Shown here piece by piece: positions 1 through 9,132 of a DNA stretch of 64,000 bases. Within the stretch, counting starts at the first letter, position 1. Each line of letters opens with the position of its first letter. Position numbers and translations under genes: made by a program. Source of the stretch: Nitrosopumilus sp. (GTDB taxonomy: Archaea > Thermoproteota > Nitrososphaeria > Nitrososphaerales > Nitrosopumilaceae); the NCBI GenBank assembly GCA_965205675.1, contig OZ242186.1:96001-160000 (forward strand). Reading direction: 5' to 3'. The notes under the pieces are model-generated. The model saw only the letters and a list, made by a program, of their open reading frames with translations, was not told the DNA's origin and ran no database searches.

Positions 1-130
1 CAACTGATAATCCTTCATCTAGCATAATCTTGTGGATGCGATTGTGGTTTATCTTGGTATTGCACAATTTTGATATGATTTTCTCAAGGTATAGTGCGTT
101 TGTGTGGTATTTTTCTTGAACTTGTTTGAC
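1..130 (-). mobile_element. IS481-like (ISA0963-type) transposase fragment, runs off window
   Basis: Minus strand reads VKQVQEKYHTNALYLEKIISKLCNTKINHNRIHKIMLDEGLSV, resembling the 'LEK....I.HNRIH.IL...GL' HTH of archaeal IS481-family transposases. No start codon; abuts the integrase. Confidence 0.55.
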
Positions 131-1027
131 CTGCTGTATTGCTTGAAGTTGTATAGAAAAACTCTCTGAGAGCATGAAAATGGAATATCCTCCTTCCATT
201 TTCTCCAATTCCACTAAACTCTGGAATTTTCTTTAGTTGTTCATGAAGAATATTCTCCAAAAGATCAACTGATGCTCTCTGTTCATTGATGTTCTCTTTT
301 CTAATGAATTTCCCAATTGATGTTCTTCCAAAAATATTTCTATTTTTGAGATGAGTATTTTCCTGGTTTTCTTCCCAATCAAAATATTTTTTCAAATAGT
401 CTTTTAGAGCAATTGTAGCCTCAGATGTGAGAAATGTCTCTCTTTCTTCTCTAGTTTTCGTAGTTTCTGCTCTAATTCTAATTTTTGTTGGAGTGCAATA
501 AAATCAACATCTGATAGTCGAAGTCCTCCAATTTCTCCAATTCTCATCCCAGATGATATTGCAACAAGAAATACAACTCGTAGCTTGAATGATACAACAC
601 CTAAAATTCTAACCAAAACTTCTTTTGTTAACGCCTCTTTACGTTTTCTTAGAATCTTTGGAAGCTTAACATATTGTTTACATTTTTCTGAATACACCTC
701 AACTCCCAAATGAATCAGATACCCCTTTACTGCATGGAAAAATTGCTTGATAGAATTGGGCATTAATCCAGATTTATCCAGAAATATTACATAGTTTTTT
801 AGCACTTGATACACATCAAGATCTTCATTCTTTATTCTAATCACTAGTTCAATTTCATCACAATGATACTTTTCCTTGAGAAATTTCCTGAATCCTTTAG
901 TTTTTCCTGTTATTGCATTCTTGTAACCATTAACAGTTGCAGTACTATGTGATACTGCATAACAAGAGTCAAGATATTCCTGCAAAGCTTGTTCTGAATT
1001 TTCAAAACTTATTCTAACTGCCATCAA
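131..1027 (-). pseudogene. Tyrosine recombinase/integrase, frameshifted and C-terminally truncated
   Basis: SSGMRIGE (catalytic R) lies in ORF 404-1027. A frameshift near 497 restores TPTKIRIRAETTKTREERETFLTSEA...LKKYFDW, joining ORF 84-395 with HFHALR (HxxR). The final H/W and Y region is absent. Confidence 0.85.
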
Positions 1028-1092
1028 GACAAGTAATTCAATTACTGTTAAAAATCACTAGTCGTTATTTTTAGTAAATCTTCAGGCTAACC

Positions 1093-1629
1093 CTAATTGA
1101 TTGTAATCTCTATTTCATTAGAACTATTTTTGATACTTCCAGTTTCTGTAAAATCATGTTTTTGCCAAGATGCAAAAGTTTCAGCTCCTATCTTGTGTGT
1201 TCCTTTTCCTAAATCTGAAGCTTTGAATACAAATTTTTCATCAAAATCGAATAATTCTTGTCTTACCTCTTCTTCTGATAATCTGATAAATGGCTCAAAA
1301 TTTTTGGCTATCTGTACCCAAATTCGCCTATCTTTCATTGGATTGACTAGTTTCGGATTTCTTGTCCAAAATATTGATGCTTTTCTGTAAGTATCAATGG
1401 TTCTTCCTAGTTCCTTCTTTCTAAACCCTCCTGATGTCAATTTTATACCATATTTCATTTTGAATGAAACGTCGTTATTGTTATAGGCTTTAGTCCAATT
1501 GGCCTCATTGAAGGCATTTCTAAGATCTCCTTCAACTGAAAATTGAACATTTATCTCAATATTTTCATCAGATGAGTATTCATCCTTTGATTTTGCTAGT
1601 TCAATTGCTGAAATTTTGCTTTCACTCAT
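1093..1629 (-). CDS. Hypothetical protein
   Basis: 178-aa ORF with typical composition, divergent from rpoL. Confidence 0.7.
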   Translation of the reverse strand: MSESKISAIELAKSKDEYSSDENIEINVQFSVEGDLRNAFNEANWTKAYNNNDVSFKMKYGIKLTSGGFRKKELGRTIDTYRKASIFWTRNPKLVNPMKDRRIWVQIAKNFEPFIRLSEEEVRQELFDFDEKFVFKASDLGKGTHKIGAETFASWQKHDFTETGSIKNSSNEIEITIN

Positions 1630-1680
1630 TGTTACCGCTCATAATGATTTATATCCGCAATAAGTGCTTTTTCTGAATAC

Positions 1681-1959
1681 ATGAATGCAAAAGTAATCAG
1701 CTCTGAGCCTAAAGAAATTAGCCTTTCTATCACTGAAACTGATATAGGAATTTTATACATAATTCAACATGAATTGTTAAAAGCACCAAATACAGATTTT
1801 GCAGGTGTTATTGTAAAACATCCTCTTACCAATGAATGTTGGATGAGAGTTAGTTCTAGTTCAAAACCACTTGATCAAATTAAAAAAGCAACAGAATCTG
1901 CAATTAAGATGGATAAAGAATTCAATCAACTATTTCATTCTCAAATTAAGGTAAGTTAG
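1681..1959 (+). CDS. rpoL: DNA-directed RNA polymerase subunit L (Rpo11)
   Basis: FAGVIVKHPL motif, 92 aa, upstream of TFS-PCNA. Confidence 0.85.
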   Translation: MNAKVISSEPKEISLSITETDIGILYIIQHELLKAPNTDFAGVIVKHPLTNECWMRVSSSSKPLDQIKKATESAIKMDKEFNQLFHSQIKVS

Positions 1960-1960
1960 A

Positions 1961-2272
1961 TTGAAGTTTTGCCCCAAATGTGAGGTCAAATTAAAAAATA
2001 GTGGTTCAGGCCTTCAATGTTCAAAATGTAGTTATACTGAAGGAGAAGTAAAAATAACAAAAAAAACTACTGAAGAAGAACCCGATTTTTCACTTTTAGC
2101 TTTTGAAGGAAATGAAGGAGAAGATACAAATCCGACAATTAAAATTGATTGTGAAAAATGTGGGCATGATGAAGCAGTTGGATGGATGTTTCAAACTAGA
2201 AGTGCAGATGAACCTACAACTCGATTTTACCGATGTCAGAAATGTAAATACACCTGGCGTGATTACACATAG
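1961..2272 (+). CDS. tfs: Transcription factor S (TFS/RpoM family)
   Basis: MKFCPKC N-terminal Zn ribbon; QTRSADEPTTRFYRC..C..TWR. Confidence 0.92.
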   Translation: MKFCPKCEVKLKNSGSGLQCSKCSYTEGEVKITKKTTEEEPDFSLLAFEGNEGEDTNPTIKIDCEKCGHDEAVGWMFQTRSADEPTTRFYRCQKCKYTWRDYT

Positions 2273-2366
2273 GTTTGACTGGAACATAGATGGAAGAAAA
2301 TTAAATGGTAAGACTCCAATCGGATCGTGCTGAAAGGTTTAACTGGAACATAGATGGAAGAAAATT
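2271..2366. repeat. 32-bp direct repeat pair separated by a 32-bp unique spacer
   Basis: AGGTTTGACTGGAACATAGATGGAAGAAAATT (2271-2302) and AGGTTTAACTGGAACATAGATGGAAGAAAATT (2335-2366), 1 mismatch. Confidence 0.95.
2332..2345 (+). promoter_or_regulatory. Putative BRE/TATA of pcn
   Basis: GAAAGG-TTTAACT about 26-32 nt upstream of the TTG start, leaderless geometry. Confidence 0.45.
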
Positions 2367-2369
2367 GAT

Positions 2370-3116
2370 TTGACTTTTGGAGCAAAAACAAATGGATCAG
2401 ATGATCTCAAGGCTATTATTTCTGCAATATCTACACTTGTTGAAGAAGCAACTTTTGTTGCAACAGCAGAAGGAATTACTTTTAGAGGAATGGATCCGTC
2501 ACATGTAGCTTTAATTGATATTTCATGGCCAAATTCCGCATTTGAAAAATATGAATGTGATAGTGATATTAAATTTGGAGTAAGAATTGATGAATTCTCT
2601 AAACTTATCAAAAGAGCAGATAAAAAAGATAGCATTGAAATTAGTATCTCTGAACAAAATATGTTACTTGTAACAGTAGGAAAAAATAAAAAATACAAAA
2701 TGCGTTTAATTGAAAGTTCTGCAACTGATACACCATTACCAAAAATTCCCTATGACTCAAAAATTATTTTGACTTCTTCAAAATTTGATAAAATTTTAGG
2801 TGATGTACAAGTTGTGTCTGATTATCTCACCATTCAAACATCTGATTCCAAAGGAGATTTTTCAGGTAAAGGTGATTCTGGTGAGGTTGTAATTGATCTA
2901 GATAAAGATGACCAAGAAATTGAAGAAATTTCTTCAAAAGAAGACAGTGTTGGTACTTACAGCCTTGAATATCTAAATCCGGTAGTGAAAGCAGTAGGCT
3001 CCAATGCAGGCTCAATCACATGTGAATTCTCAAGTGCAAAACCTCTTAGAATTGAATTCAAAGTAGCAAATATTGGTAGAATTCACTTTTACTTGGCTCC
3101 ACGCGTAGAAAGTTAA
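2370..3116 (+). CDS. pcn: PCNA sliding clamp
   Basis: MDPSHVAL and FYLAPRVE motifs, 248 aa. Confidence 0.97.
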   Translation: MTFGAKTNGSDDLKAIISAISTLVEEATFVATAEGITFRGMDPSHVALIDISWPNSAFEKYECDSDIKFGVRIDEFSKLIKRADKKDSIEISISEQNMLLVTVGKNKKYKMRLIESSATDTPLPKIPYDSKIILTSSKFDKILGDVQVVSDYLTIQTSDSKGDFSGKGDSGEVVIDLDKDDQEIEEISSKEDSVGTYSLEYLNPVVKAVGSNAGSITCEFSSAKPLRIEFKVANIGRIHFYLAPRVES

Positions 3117-3151
3117 AGCATTTAAAGATTAACAAGATCAAGTATTTTGAA

Positions 3152-4555
3152 TTGAGACTCGTAATAAAATATGGTGGAACATCCATTTCTACTTCAAAAG
3201 ATATTCAAACCGTAGCTAAATACATTAGTGAATTATCAAAGAAAAATCAAATTGTTGTTGTTTGTTCTGCAATAAGTGGAACTACTGATGATTTAATAGA
3301 AATATCTGAATCTATAAAAAAAGAAAACAAATCTAAAGCCGAACAACTCGTATCAAAAATTATCAATAAACATAAACAACTAGCTAAAGAAACAATTAAA
3401 AAATCTAATGTTCGTAAAAAATTACTTACCAAACTTGATGAAGATCTTGTAGAACTTCTTGCTTTAATTGATGGAATGGTATTGCTAGGTGAAGTTACAT
3501 CAAGATCAATGGATTATCTAATTTCATTTGGTGAAAGATTATCTATAAAATTAATTTCAAGTGTAATCAATGATTCTGGAAAAAAATCGATTTATTTGAC
3601 TGGTAAAGAAGCTGGAATTGTCACTGATTCTAATTTTGGTGAATCAAAGCCATTAATGGATACAACTAGACTTAGAGTTTCAAAAACTGTTGATACTTTA
3701 CTGTTAAAGAAAAAAATTCCCGTTATTGGTGGATTTGTAGGAGCAGATCAATATGGACATGTAACTACATTTGGCAGAGGAGGATCCGATTATTCAGCTA
3801 CAATAATTGGTTCTTGCATTAAGACTGATGAAATTTGGTTAATGAGTGATGTAGATGGTTTAATGACTGCAGATCCAAAGATTGTAAAAAATGCCAAATT
3901 ACTCAAAGAAGTGTCCTATACAGAGGCAATTGAAATGGCTTTGTTTGGCGCAAAACAAATTCATCCACGAACATTTGAACCATTATTATCTAAGAAAATC
4001 CCCATGAAAATAAGAAATTCGTTTAATACCAAAAATGAAGGAACTTTAGTTTCTGCATCAACTTCTTCTGCTGTCAAAAATACGGTAAAATGTGTAAGTA
4101 ATGTTCGCAATAATGGATTAATTGATGTAAGAGGTGGTAGTATGGTTGGAATACCTGGTACTGCTGCTAAAATATTTGCAACATTGGCAAAAGCCGGAAT
4201 TAACGTAATGATGATCTCTCAAAATCCATCTGAATCAAGTATAACTATTGTAGTAAAAAATACAGATCTCGACAAAGCTGTTGGCGCATTAGAGATGGAA
4301 TTATTAGGAAAAATCATCAAAAAATTAGAAGTTACTACAAATGTCGCAATAATTGCCTTAATTGGTTCAGGAATGAGAGGAACTGTTGGAGTTGCTTCAA
4401 AAGTTTTTGGTGCAATTGAGAAAAATAAAATAAACGTATCAATGATTACACAAGGATCTTCAGAGCTTAATCTTGCATTTGTTGTAAAAAACTCTGATAC
4501 AAATGCAGCAGTTAGAGCTTTACATAATGAATTTGCATTAGATAAAATCATTTAA
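3152..4555 (+). CDS. lysC: Aspartate kinase
   Basis: KYGGTS, GRGGSDYSA, DVDGLMTADP, two C-terminal ACT domains. Confidence 0.95.
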   Translation: MRLVIKYGGTSISTSKDIQTVAKYISELSKKNQIVVVCSAISGTTDDLIEISESIKKENKSKAEQLVSKIINKHKQLAKETIKKSNVRKKLLTKLDEDLVELLALIDGMVLLGEVTSRSMDYLISFGERLSIKLISSVINDSGKKSIYLTGKEAGIVTDSNFGESKPLMDTTRLRVSKTVDTLLLKKKIPVIGGFVGADQYGHVTTFGRGGSDYSATIIGSCIKTDEIWLMSDVDGLMTADPKIVKNAKLLKEVSYTEAIEMALFGAKQIHPRTFEPLLSKKIPMKIRNSFNTKNEGTLVSASTSSAVKNTVKCVSNVRNNGLIDVRGGSMVGIPGTAAKIFATLAKAGINVMMISQNPSESSITIVVKNTDLDKAVGALEMELLGKIIKKLEVTTNVAIIALIGSGMRGTVGVASKVFGAIEKNKINVSMITQGSSELNLAFVVKNSDTNAAVRALHNEFALDKII

Positions 4556-4575
4556 GGGAATAATTTTAAGAGTAT

Positions 4576-6051
4576 TTGTTGAATAAATTTCCGATTCTAT
4601 TAATAATTGGAATTTTTGTAATTAGTATAATTTTTGTATCTTTAACATCTGATCAATTTGCTGATGCAGGATCTAGAAAAAAAATTCATTTTACTGAAAC
4701 CATAACCTCATCTCAAGATCCAGGCCAAGGCCATGAAAATCATCAACTTGCACTTGTTTTATCTCCCAATGAAGGAACAATTTATACTGGTTCTATGACA
4801 TTTACTTCAAGTGAACCTGTACAACTTGTAGTTTTACATGAAATAAATCCACAAGATTCAAAAGGTCAACCAACTTGGACTGTTGATGGAAAAACTGTTT
4901 ATAGTTTATCATTAATTGATTTACAAAAAAATTCGGGTTCATTTGAATTTACAGGAGCTGCTTTAGCATTACACACTTCAAATTCTAAAGAATTTATTGC
5001 TACAGTAAGTGTAGATGGATGGATTAGAGGACAACTTACTGAAGTGTTGATGCAAAAAATTGAATTACAAAAAGAAGAGCCTACATCATTACTCTCAAGA
5101 ACTAATGTACCAGCTACTATTCCAATGCATAAGGGAATCTATGAAGGAAATCAAGTCCTTTACATAATTACTGATGGCAGTGACAAAGATTATGCAAAAA
5201 CTATTTCAGAAAAACAAGAATGGAATGTAGAGATTGCTCCAGTACTTGCAGATGTTCCAGAAAATACTCTTCAAAAATTATTTACTTTTAAAAATGGAAT
5301 AAAAGGTGATGGAATCTATGGATTTCAAGATGAAGTATTTTCTAGTATTCCCTCACAAGAATCTGAATATAGTGCATTAAGTTCTGTTATTGAGGTTACT
5401 TGGAAAATTGGTCAAAAAGAAATCATGTTTGAATCTGTCTCAGATATAATTGCAGCAGAAGAAAGTGGTAGAATTGAATTTAATGAAACAGGAATAGTAC
5501 TGAATACTCCTCAAATACTTTGGCCTGATGGACAAATGATAATTCGTCCAGACAAAGAAATCACAGATGAAATGTCTTACAGTGGTGGTCAAATTACTGA
5601 AATCAATGAAGAAGAAATGACTGTAACTTTTGTAGCTCACAGAGGTTGGGGGCCTGATGGTAAAACAATTTACTATATTGTAACTGACGCTACTCCTTCA
5701 GGACCAGCTGAAACAATGGGAGTTGCATTTGCATCAAGTTCATCAAATCTTATTGCTCACTCTGGAGCAGTTGATCTATTTCAATTTAAGAATGGAATTA
5801 TTGGTTCTGGCCCATTAGGATTTCAAGCAATAATTGCAGGAGCTGCACTTGGAGATTCCAACTACAGTCCTATGTGGAGGATATATTTAGTTGAATGGAA
5901 TGATGCAAAATTTGCAAAAATTCTGGAAACAAAATCTGATATTGACGCATTTCGTGCTGATAATATGTTATCTGTTAGTATTGCAAGACCAGTTAATAGT
6001 GATCACATAGTCAACTGTCCATTCATTGATCCATTCCAACAAATCCACTAA
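4576..6051 (+). CDS. Secreted/membrane-anchored protein with two tandem homologous domains
   Basis: N-terminal hydrophobic helix; repeated YI.TD...LF.FKNGI.G.G..GFQ...YS..W. Confidence 0.75.
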   Translation: MLNKFPILLIIGIFVISIIFVSLTSDQFADAGSRKKIHFTETITSSQDPGQGHENHQLALVLSPNEGTIYTGSMTFTSSEPVQLVVLHEINPQDSKGQPTWTVDGKTVYSLSLIDLQKNSGSFEFTGAALALHTSNSKEFIATVSVDGWIRGQLTEVLMQKIELQKEEPTSLLSRTNVPATIPMHKGIYEGNQVLYIITDGSDKDYAKTISEKQEWNVEIAPVLADVPENTLQKLFTFKNGIKGDGIYGFQDEVFSSIPSQESEYSALSSVIEVTWKIGQKEIMFESVSDIIAAEESGRIEFNETGIVLNTPQILWPDGQMIIRPDKEITDEMSYSGGQITEINEEEMTVTFVAHRGWGPDGKTIYYIVTDATPSGPAETMGVAFASSSSNLIAHSGAVDLFQFKNGIIGSGPLGFQAIIAGAALGDSNYSPMWRIYLVEWNDAKFAKILETKSDIDAFRADNMLSVSIARPVNSDHIVNCPFIDPFQQIH

Positions 6052-6081
6052 ACGGATAAATTACTTGATAAAAAATTTCTA

Positions 6082-6882
6082 TTGAAATTGGCCGGTAAAC
6101 TCTACATTGTTGGTGTTGGACCTGGTCATCATGACCATATGACATTTAGAGCAAAAGAAGTGATTGGTGAAAGTGACACAATTGTTGGATATGAAACTTA
6201 TGTAAATTTAGTACAAGATCTTATTAAAGGAAAAACGGTTTATCGTTATGCAATGACGCAAGAAGTTGAAAGAGCTCATCAATGTATTGATCTCGCTAAA
6301 TCTGGAAAAATAGTTTCACTTGTTTCTAGTGGCGATCCTGGAATTTATGGAATGGCAGGATTAATTTATGAAACCCTATCTGAATCTGACTGGAATCCAA
6401 AAGATGATCTTCAAGTTGAAATTGTCCCTGGTGTATCTGCACTTAATTCATGTGCATCAATAATTGGTTCACCACTAATGACTGATTTTGCAGTTGTAAG
6501 TATGAGTGATCTTTTGGTACCGTGGGAAATTATTTCAAAACGAGTTGAAGCAGCTGCGCAAGGTGATTTTGTAATTGTAATTTACAATCCTACTAGTAAA
6601 AAGAGAATTCATCAATTACAAGATACAAGAAAAGTTCTTTTAAAATACAGAAAACCTACTACTCCAGTAGCAATTATCAAAAGTGCATTTCGAGAATCTG
6701 AAATAATTGTTATGACTGATTTAGAAAATTTACCTAATCATTCAAAGCAATTAGGTATGACTAGTACTGTGATTATTGGAAATTCATCAACGTACACCTA
6801 CAAAAACTTGATGATTAACCCACGAGGTTACAAATCAAAATATAACTTAGAAGAACAAACTAATCCAAACCTTAAAGTCTAA
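6082..6882 (+). CDS. cobJ: Precorrin-3B C17-methyltransferase
   Basis: VGVGPG, SSGDPGIYGMAG, SMSDLLVPW, NPRGY. Confidence 0.92.
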   Translation: MKLAGKLYIVGVGPGHHDHMTFRAKEVIGESDTIVGYETYVNLVQDLIKGKTVYRYAMTQEVERAHQCIDLAKSGKIVSLVSSGDPGIYGMAGLIYETLSESDWNPKDDLQVEIVPGVSALNSCASIIGSPLMTDFAVVSMSDLLVPWEIISKRVEAAAQGDFVIVIYNPTSKKRIHQLQDTRKVLLKYRKPTTPVAIIKSAFRESEIIVMTDLENLPNHSKQLGMTSTVIIGNSSTYTYKNLMINPRGYKSKYNLEEQTNPNLKV

Positions 6883-7925
6883 AATCCTTTCTTAATTGTA
6901 TTACTCAATTCTTCACTTAGATTCAATTTTTCTCTGATTGGTGAAACTACTTTTACCAAATAATTCCCAACTGCTTGCTTCAAATCTCCTGGGTGTAGTT
7001 TCTTCTCTGCAAAGTCTTTTTCTAATTGATTGTAATTAGTATATGATACATTTCCACCAAATTTTTCTGGTCTTTCTACTTCCATCTCATTAAATTCATG
7101 AAAGATAATCGTTTTTGAAATTTCTAATAGTGGATTATTTTGGATATTTGTTTCTTCACACCACGCTTTGCTTATTTTTTTCTTTATTTCATCATCAGAA
7201 TTATGAATAAACACACCTGAATTTGGATCTGATTTACTCATTTTTCCTAGTATTTTATCGTCATTTGAATCTGCAGGTTTTGAAAGTCCTGGTAATAGTT
7301 TATGATGTACGGCTACAGGCACTTTCCATTTCATTTTTGGAAATACTTCTCTTACCAACATATGGATTTTTCTTTGATCCATTCCAGCATGTGCAATATC
7401 TACATCCAGAGAATGAATATCCACTGCCTGCATTGCTGGATATAGTAATTTAGCAACATCAATTTTATCATCATCTTCTGATCTTCCCATAATTGTTAAA
7501 GTTCTCATTGTTCTTGCAATTGACATGTGTTTTGTAAATTTCACAAGCTCAGACCAATATTCTGTTTTTTCTTCATACAGTTTTGATCCTAAAATAATTT
7601 CTGCATCAGGACAAACTAATTTGAAAGCATTTTGATAATATTTTGAAACTTTTGCAATTGTTTTCCAATCTCCCCCTAATTTATCATTAATCAGAGTATG
7701 CCAATCTGCAAGAAAAATCTTACATTTTACTCCAGCTTTGACAAAATCATTAATTTTAAAACCTGTACTAATTAAACTGCCAAGATGCAAAAAACCAGAA
7801 ATTTCTAAACCAATGTAATGATTTGGAGATGAATTAGTTTTGAATAACTCCATTAACTCTTCTTGTGTTACAATTTCCTCAGCAGGCGGTCTTTGTATCA
7901 AATCTACTTTTTCTGTAATATCCAA
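6879..7925 (-). CDS. tyrS: Tyrosyl-tRNA synthetase
   Basis: HLGS (HIGH-like), YPAMQAVD, GMDQRKIH, KMSKS; start moved to TTG 7925. Confidence 0.93.
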   Translation of the reverse strand: MDITEKVDLIQRPPAEEIVTQEELMELFKTNSSPNHYIGLEISGFLHLGSLISTGFKINDFVKAGVKCKIFLADWHTLINDKLGGDWKTIAKVSKYYQNAFKLVCPDAEIILGSKLYEEKTEYWSELVKFTKHMSIARTMRTLTIMGRSEDDDKIDVAKLLYPAMQAVDIHSLDVDIAHAGMDQRKIHMLVREVFPKMKWKVPVAVHHKLLPGLSKPADSNDDKILGKMSKSDPNSGVFIHNSDDEIKKKISKAWCEETNIQNNPLLEISKTIIFHEFNEMEVERPEKFGGNVSYTNYNQLEKDFAEKKLHPGDLKQAVGNYLVKVVSPIREKLNLSEELSNTIKKGF

Positions 7926-8019
7926 ATCAAAACAACTTTTGAGAAGTAAACGTATAAAGTTATTCAAAATCTAAATCTGAATTTAGAAGGTTTGAATAGA
8001 AGATATTTTGATATAATTT

Positions 8020-8223
8020 ATGACTCTTGAAGAAGGTTTGGAATTAATTTCAAATTATAAGAAAGCAATTGAAAAATTTATTGAAACATTACCTGAGCAA
8101 TCGGTACAATTAGGCTCAGAAATGATCCAAACATTGTCAATGAATTCAAAAAATGAAATTAAAAATTTAGATGCAATTGAAAAAGCTTTGAAAAGACAAC
8201 CAAAGTCTGGATTATCTGAATAG
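8020..8223 (+). CDS. Small hypothetical helical protein
   Basis: 67-aa ORF filling an intergenic gap. Confidence 0.6.
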   Translation: MTLEEGLELISNYKKAIEKFIETLPEQSVQLGSEMIQTLSMNSKNEIKNLDAIEKALKRQPKSGLSE

Positions 8224-8226
8224 ATT

Positions 8227-8415
8227 TTATTTACAATTCTTCTTATGTTTTCTTAGTTCTTCTGAATAATCAAATTCAGTTCCACACACTCTGCATTTTT
8301 CTTTTTTCTTATTATGAGCTTTTTCTTGATGTTTCTTTAATTTGTCAGAATCAGGAAGTACTGTTCCACATTTTTTACATTTTAATTCATTTTTGTTAGA
8401 ACTAAATAATCCCAT
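8227..8415 (-). CDS. Small double zinc-finger protein (C2H2 + C2HC)
   Basis: CKKC-x12-H-x4-H and CRVC-x12-H-x3-C; probable start MGLFSS. Confidence 0.8.
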   Translation of the reverse strand: MGLFSSNKNELKCKKCGTVLPDSDKLKKHQEKAHNKKKEKCRVCGTEFDYSEELRKHKKNCK

Positions 8416-8489
8416 ATTCCTACTAGTCATACAATATAGAAATAGTTTTTTTAAAAATTTACATAAAATGATTTGTTTTGTTGAATTTT

Positions 8490-9053
8490 TTATTCATCTA
8501 GACTTTTTCTAGGTTTTATACTGAGATAAAATGCATGAGTGCTAATAATGAATGCTGCAAGGAATACTTTAGTTGCAAATACCAGGTTCCATGGTCTATC
8601 CGGATCAGGATAAGCTATTGATAGTTTGTCAATGTCGGGAACTACTCCATCTATAATCCCTGCAGTTATTTGTGCATTTAACACTGTAAAGTTGTATAAA
8701 ACTTCATAGAGAGTAATAACTGAAAATCCTAATAACATTAGTTGAAGCAATGCCATTCTTGTACCAATAATTTTATCTCCTGCTGTTCTTCTCCATCCAA
8801 TTCTTGAAACACAATACCATCCAATTATTGTAGAAAAAAATATCCAAGTCGACACTCTAGCAAAATTTTCAAATGGAATGGTTGTATTGTGAATTGTTTC
8901 ACCCATTACATAGGTTCCGTTTTCCATCCATTCTATCATGGTGACATATACACCAAAAACCAATGATGATACCATTATGAATCCACAAACATAGAAAATG
9001 TATAGATAGACTTTGTAGTCTGTATTTATTTTTTCTAAGTGTTTAGGTTTCAT
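8490..9053 (-). CDS. Four-TM membrane protein
   Basis: Four hydrophobic segments. Confidence 0.7.
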   Translation of the reverse strand: MKPKHLEKINTDYKVYLYIFYVCGFIMVSSLVFGVYVTMIEWMENGTYVMGETIHNTTIPFENFARVSTWIFFSTIIGWYCVSRIGWRRTAGDKIIGTRMALLQLMLLGFSVITLYEVLYNFTVLNAQITAGIIDGVVPDIDKLSIAYPDPDRPWNLVFATKVFLAAFIISTHAFYLSIKPRKSLDE

Positions 9054-9132
9054 AATGTCGTTTGCCGAATTTTGAAATATAAAAATTCATGTTTCTTTAC
9101 TGGGATTTATAGACTAGTTGTAAACAGGAATA

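Noticed and set aside
2271-2366. Calling the repeat pair a bona fide CRISPR array or C/D-box sRNA
   Set aside because: Only two repeats, no leader or cas genes, and overlap with the likely pcn promoter. A CTGA is present but no RTGATGA C box. Kept as a repeat and a finding only.
8227-8415. MGLFSS resembling an N-myristoylation motif
   Set aside because: No N-myristoyltransferase is known in archaea, and a short motif can arise by chance.
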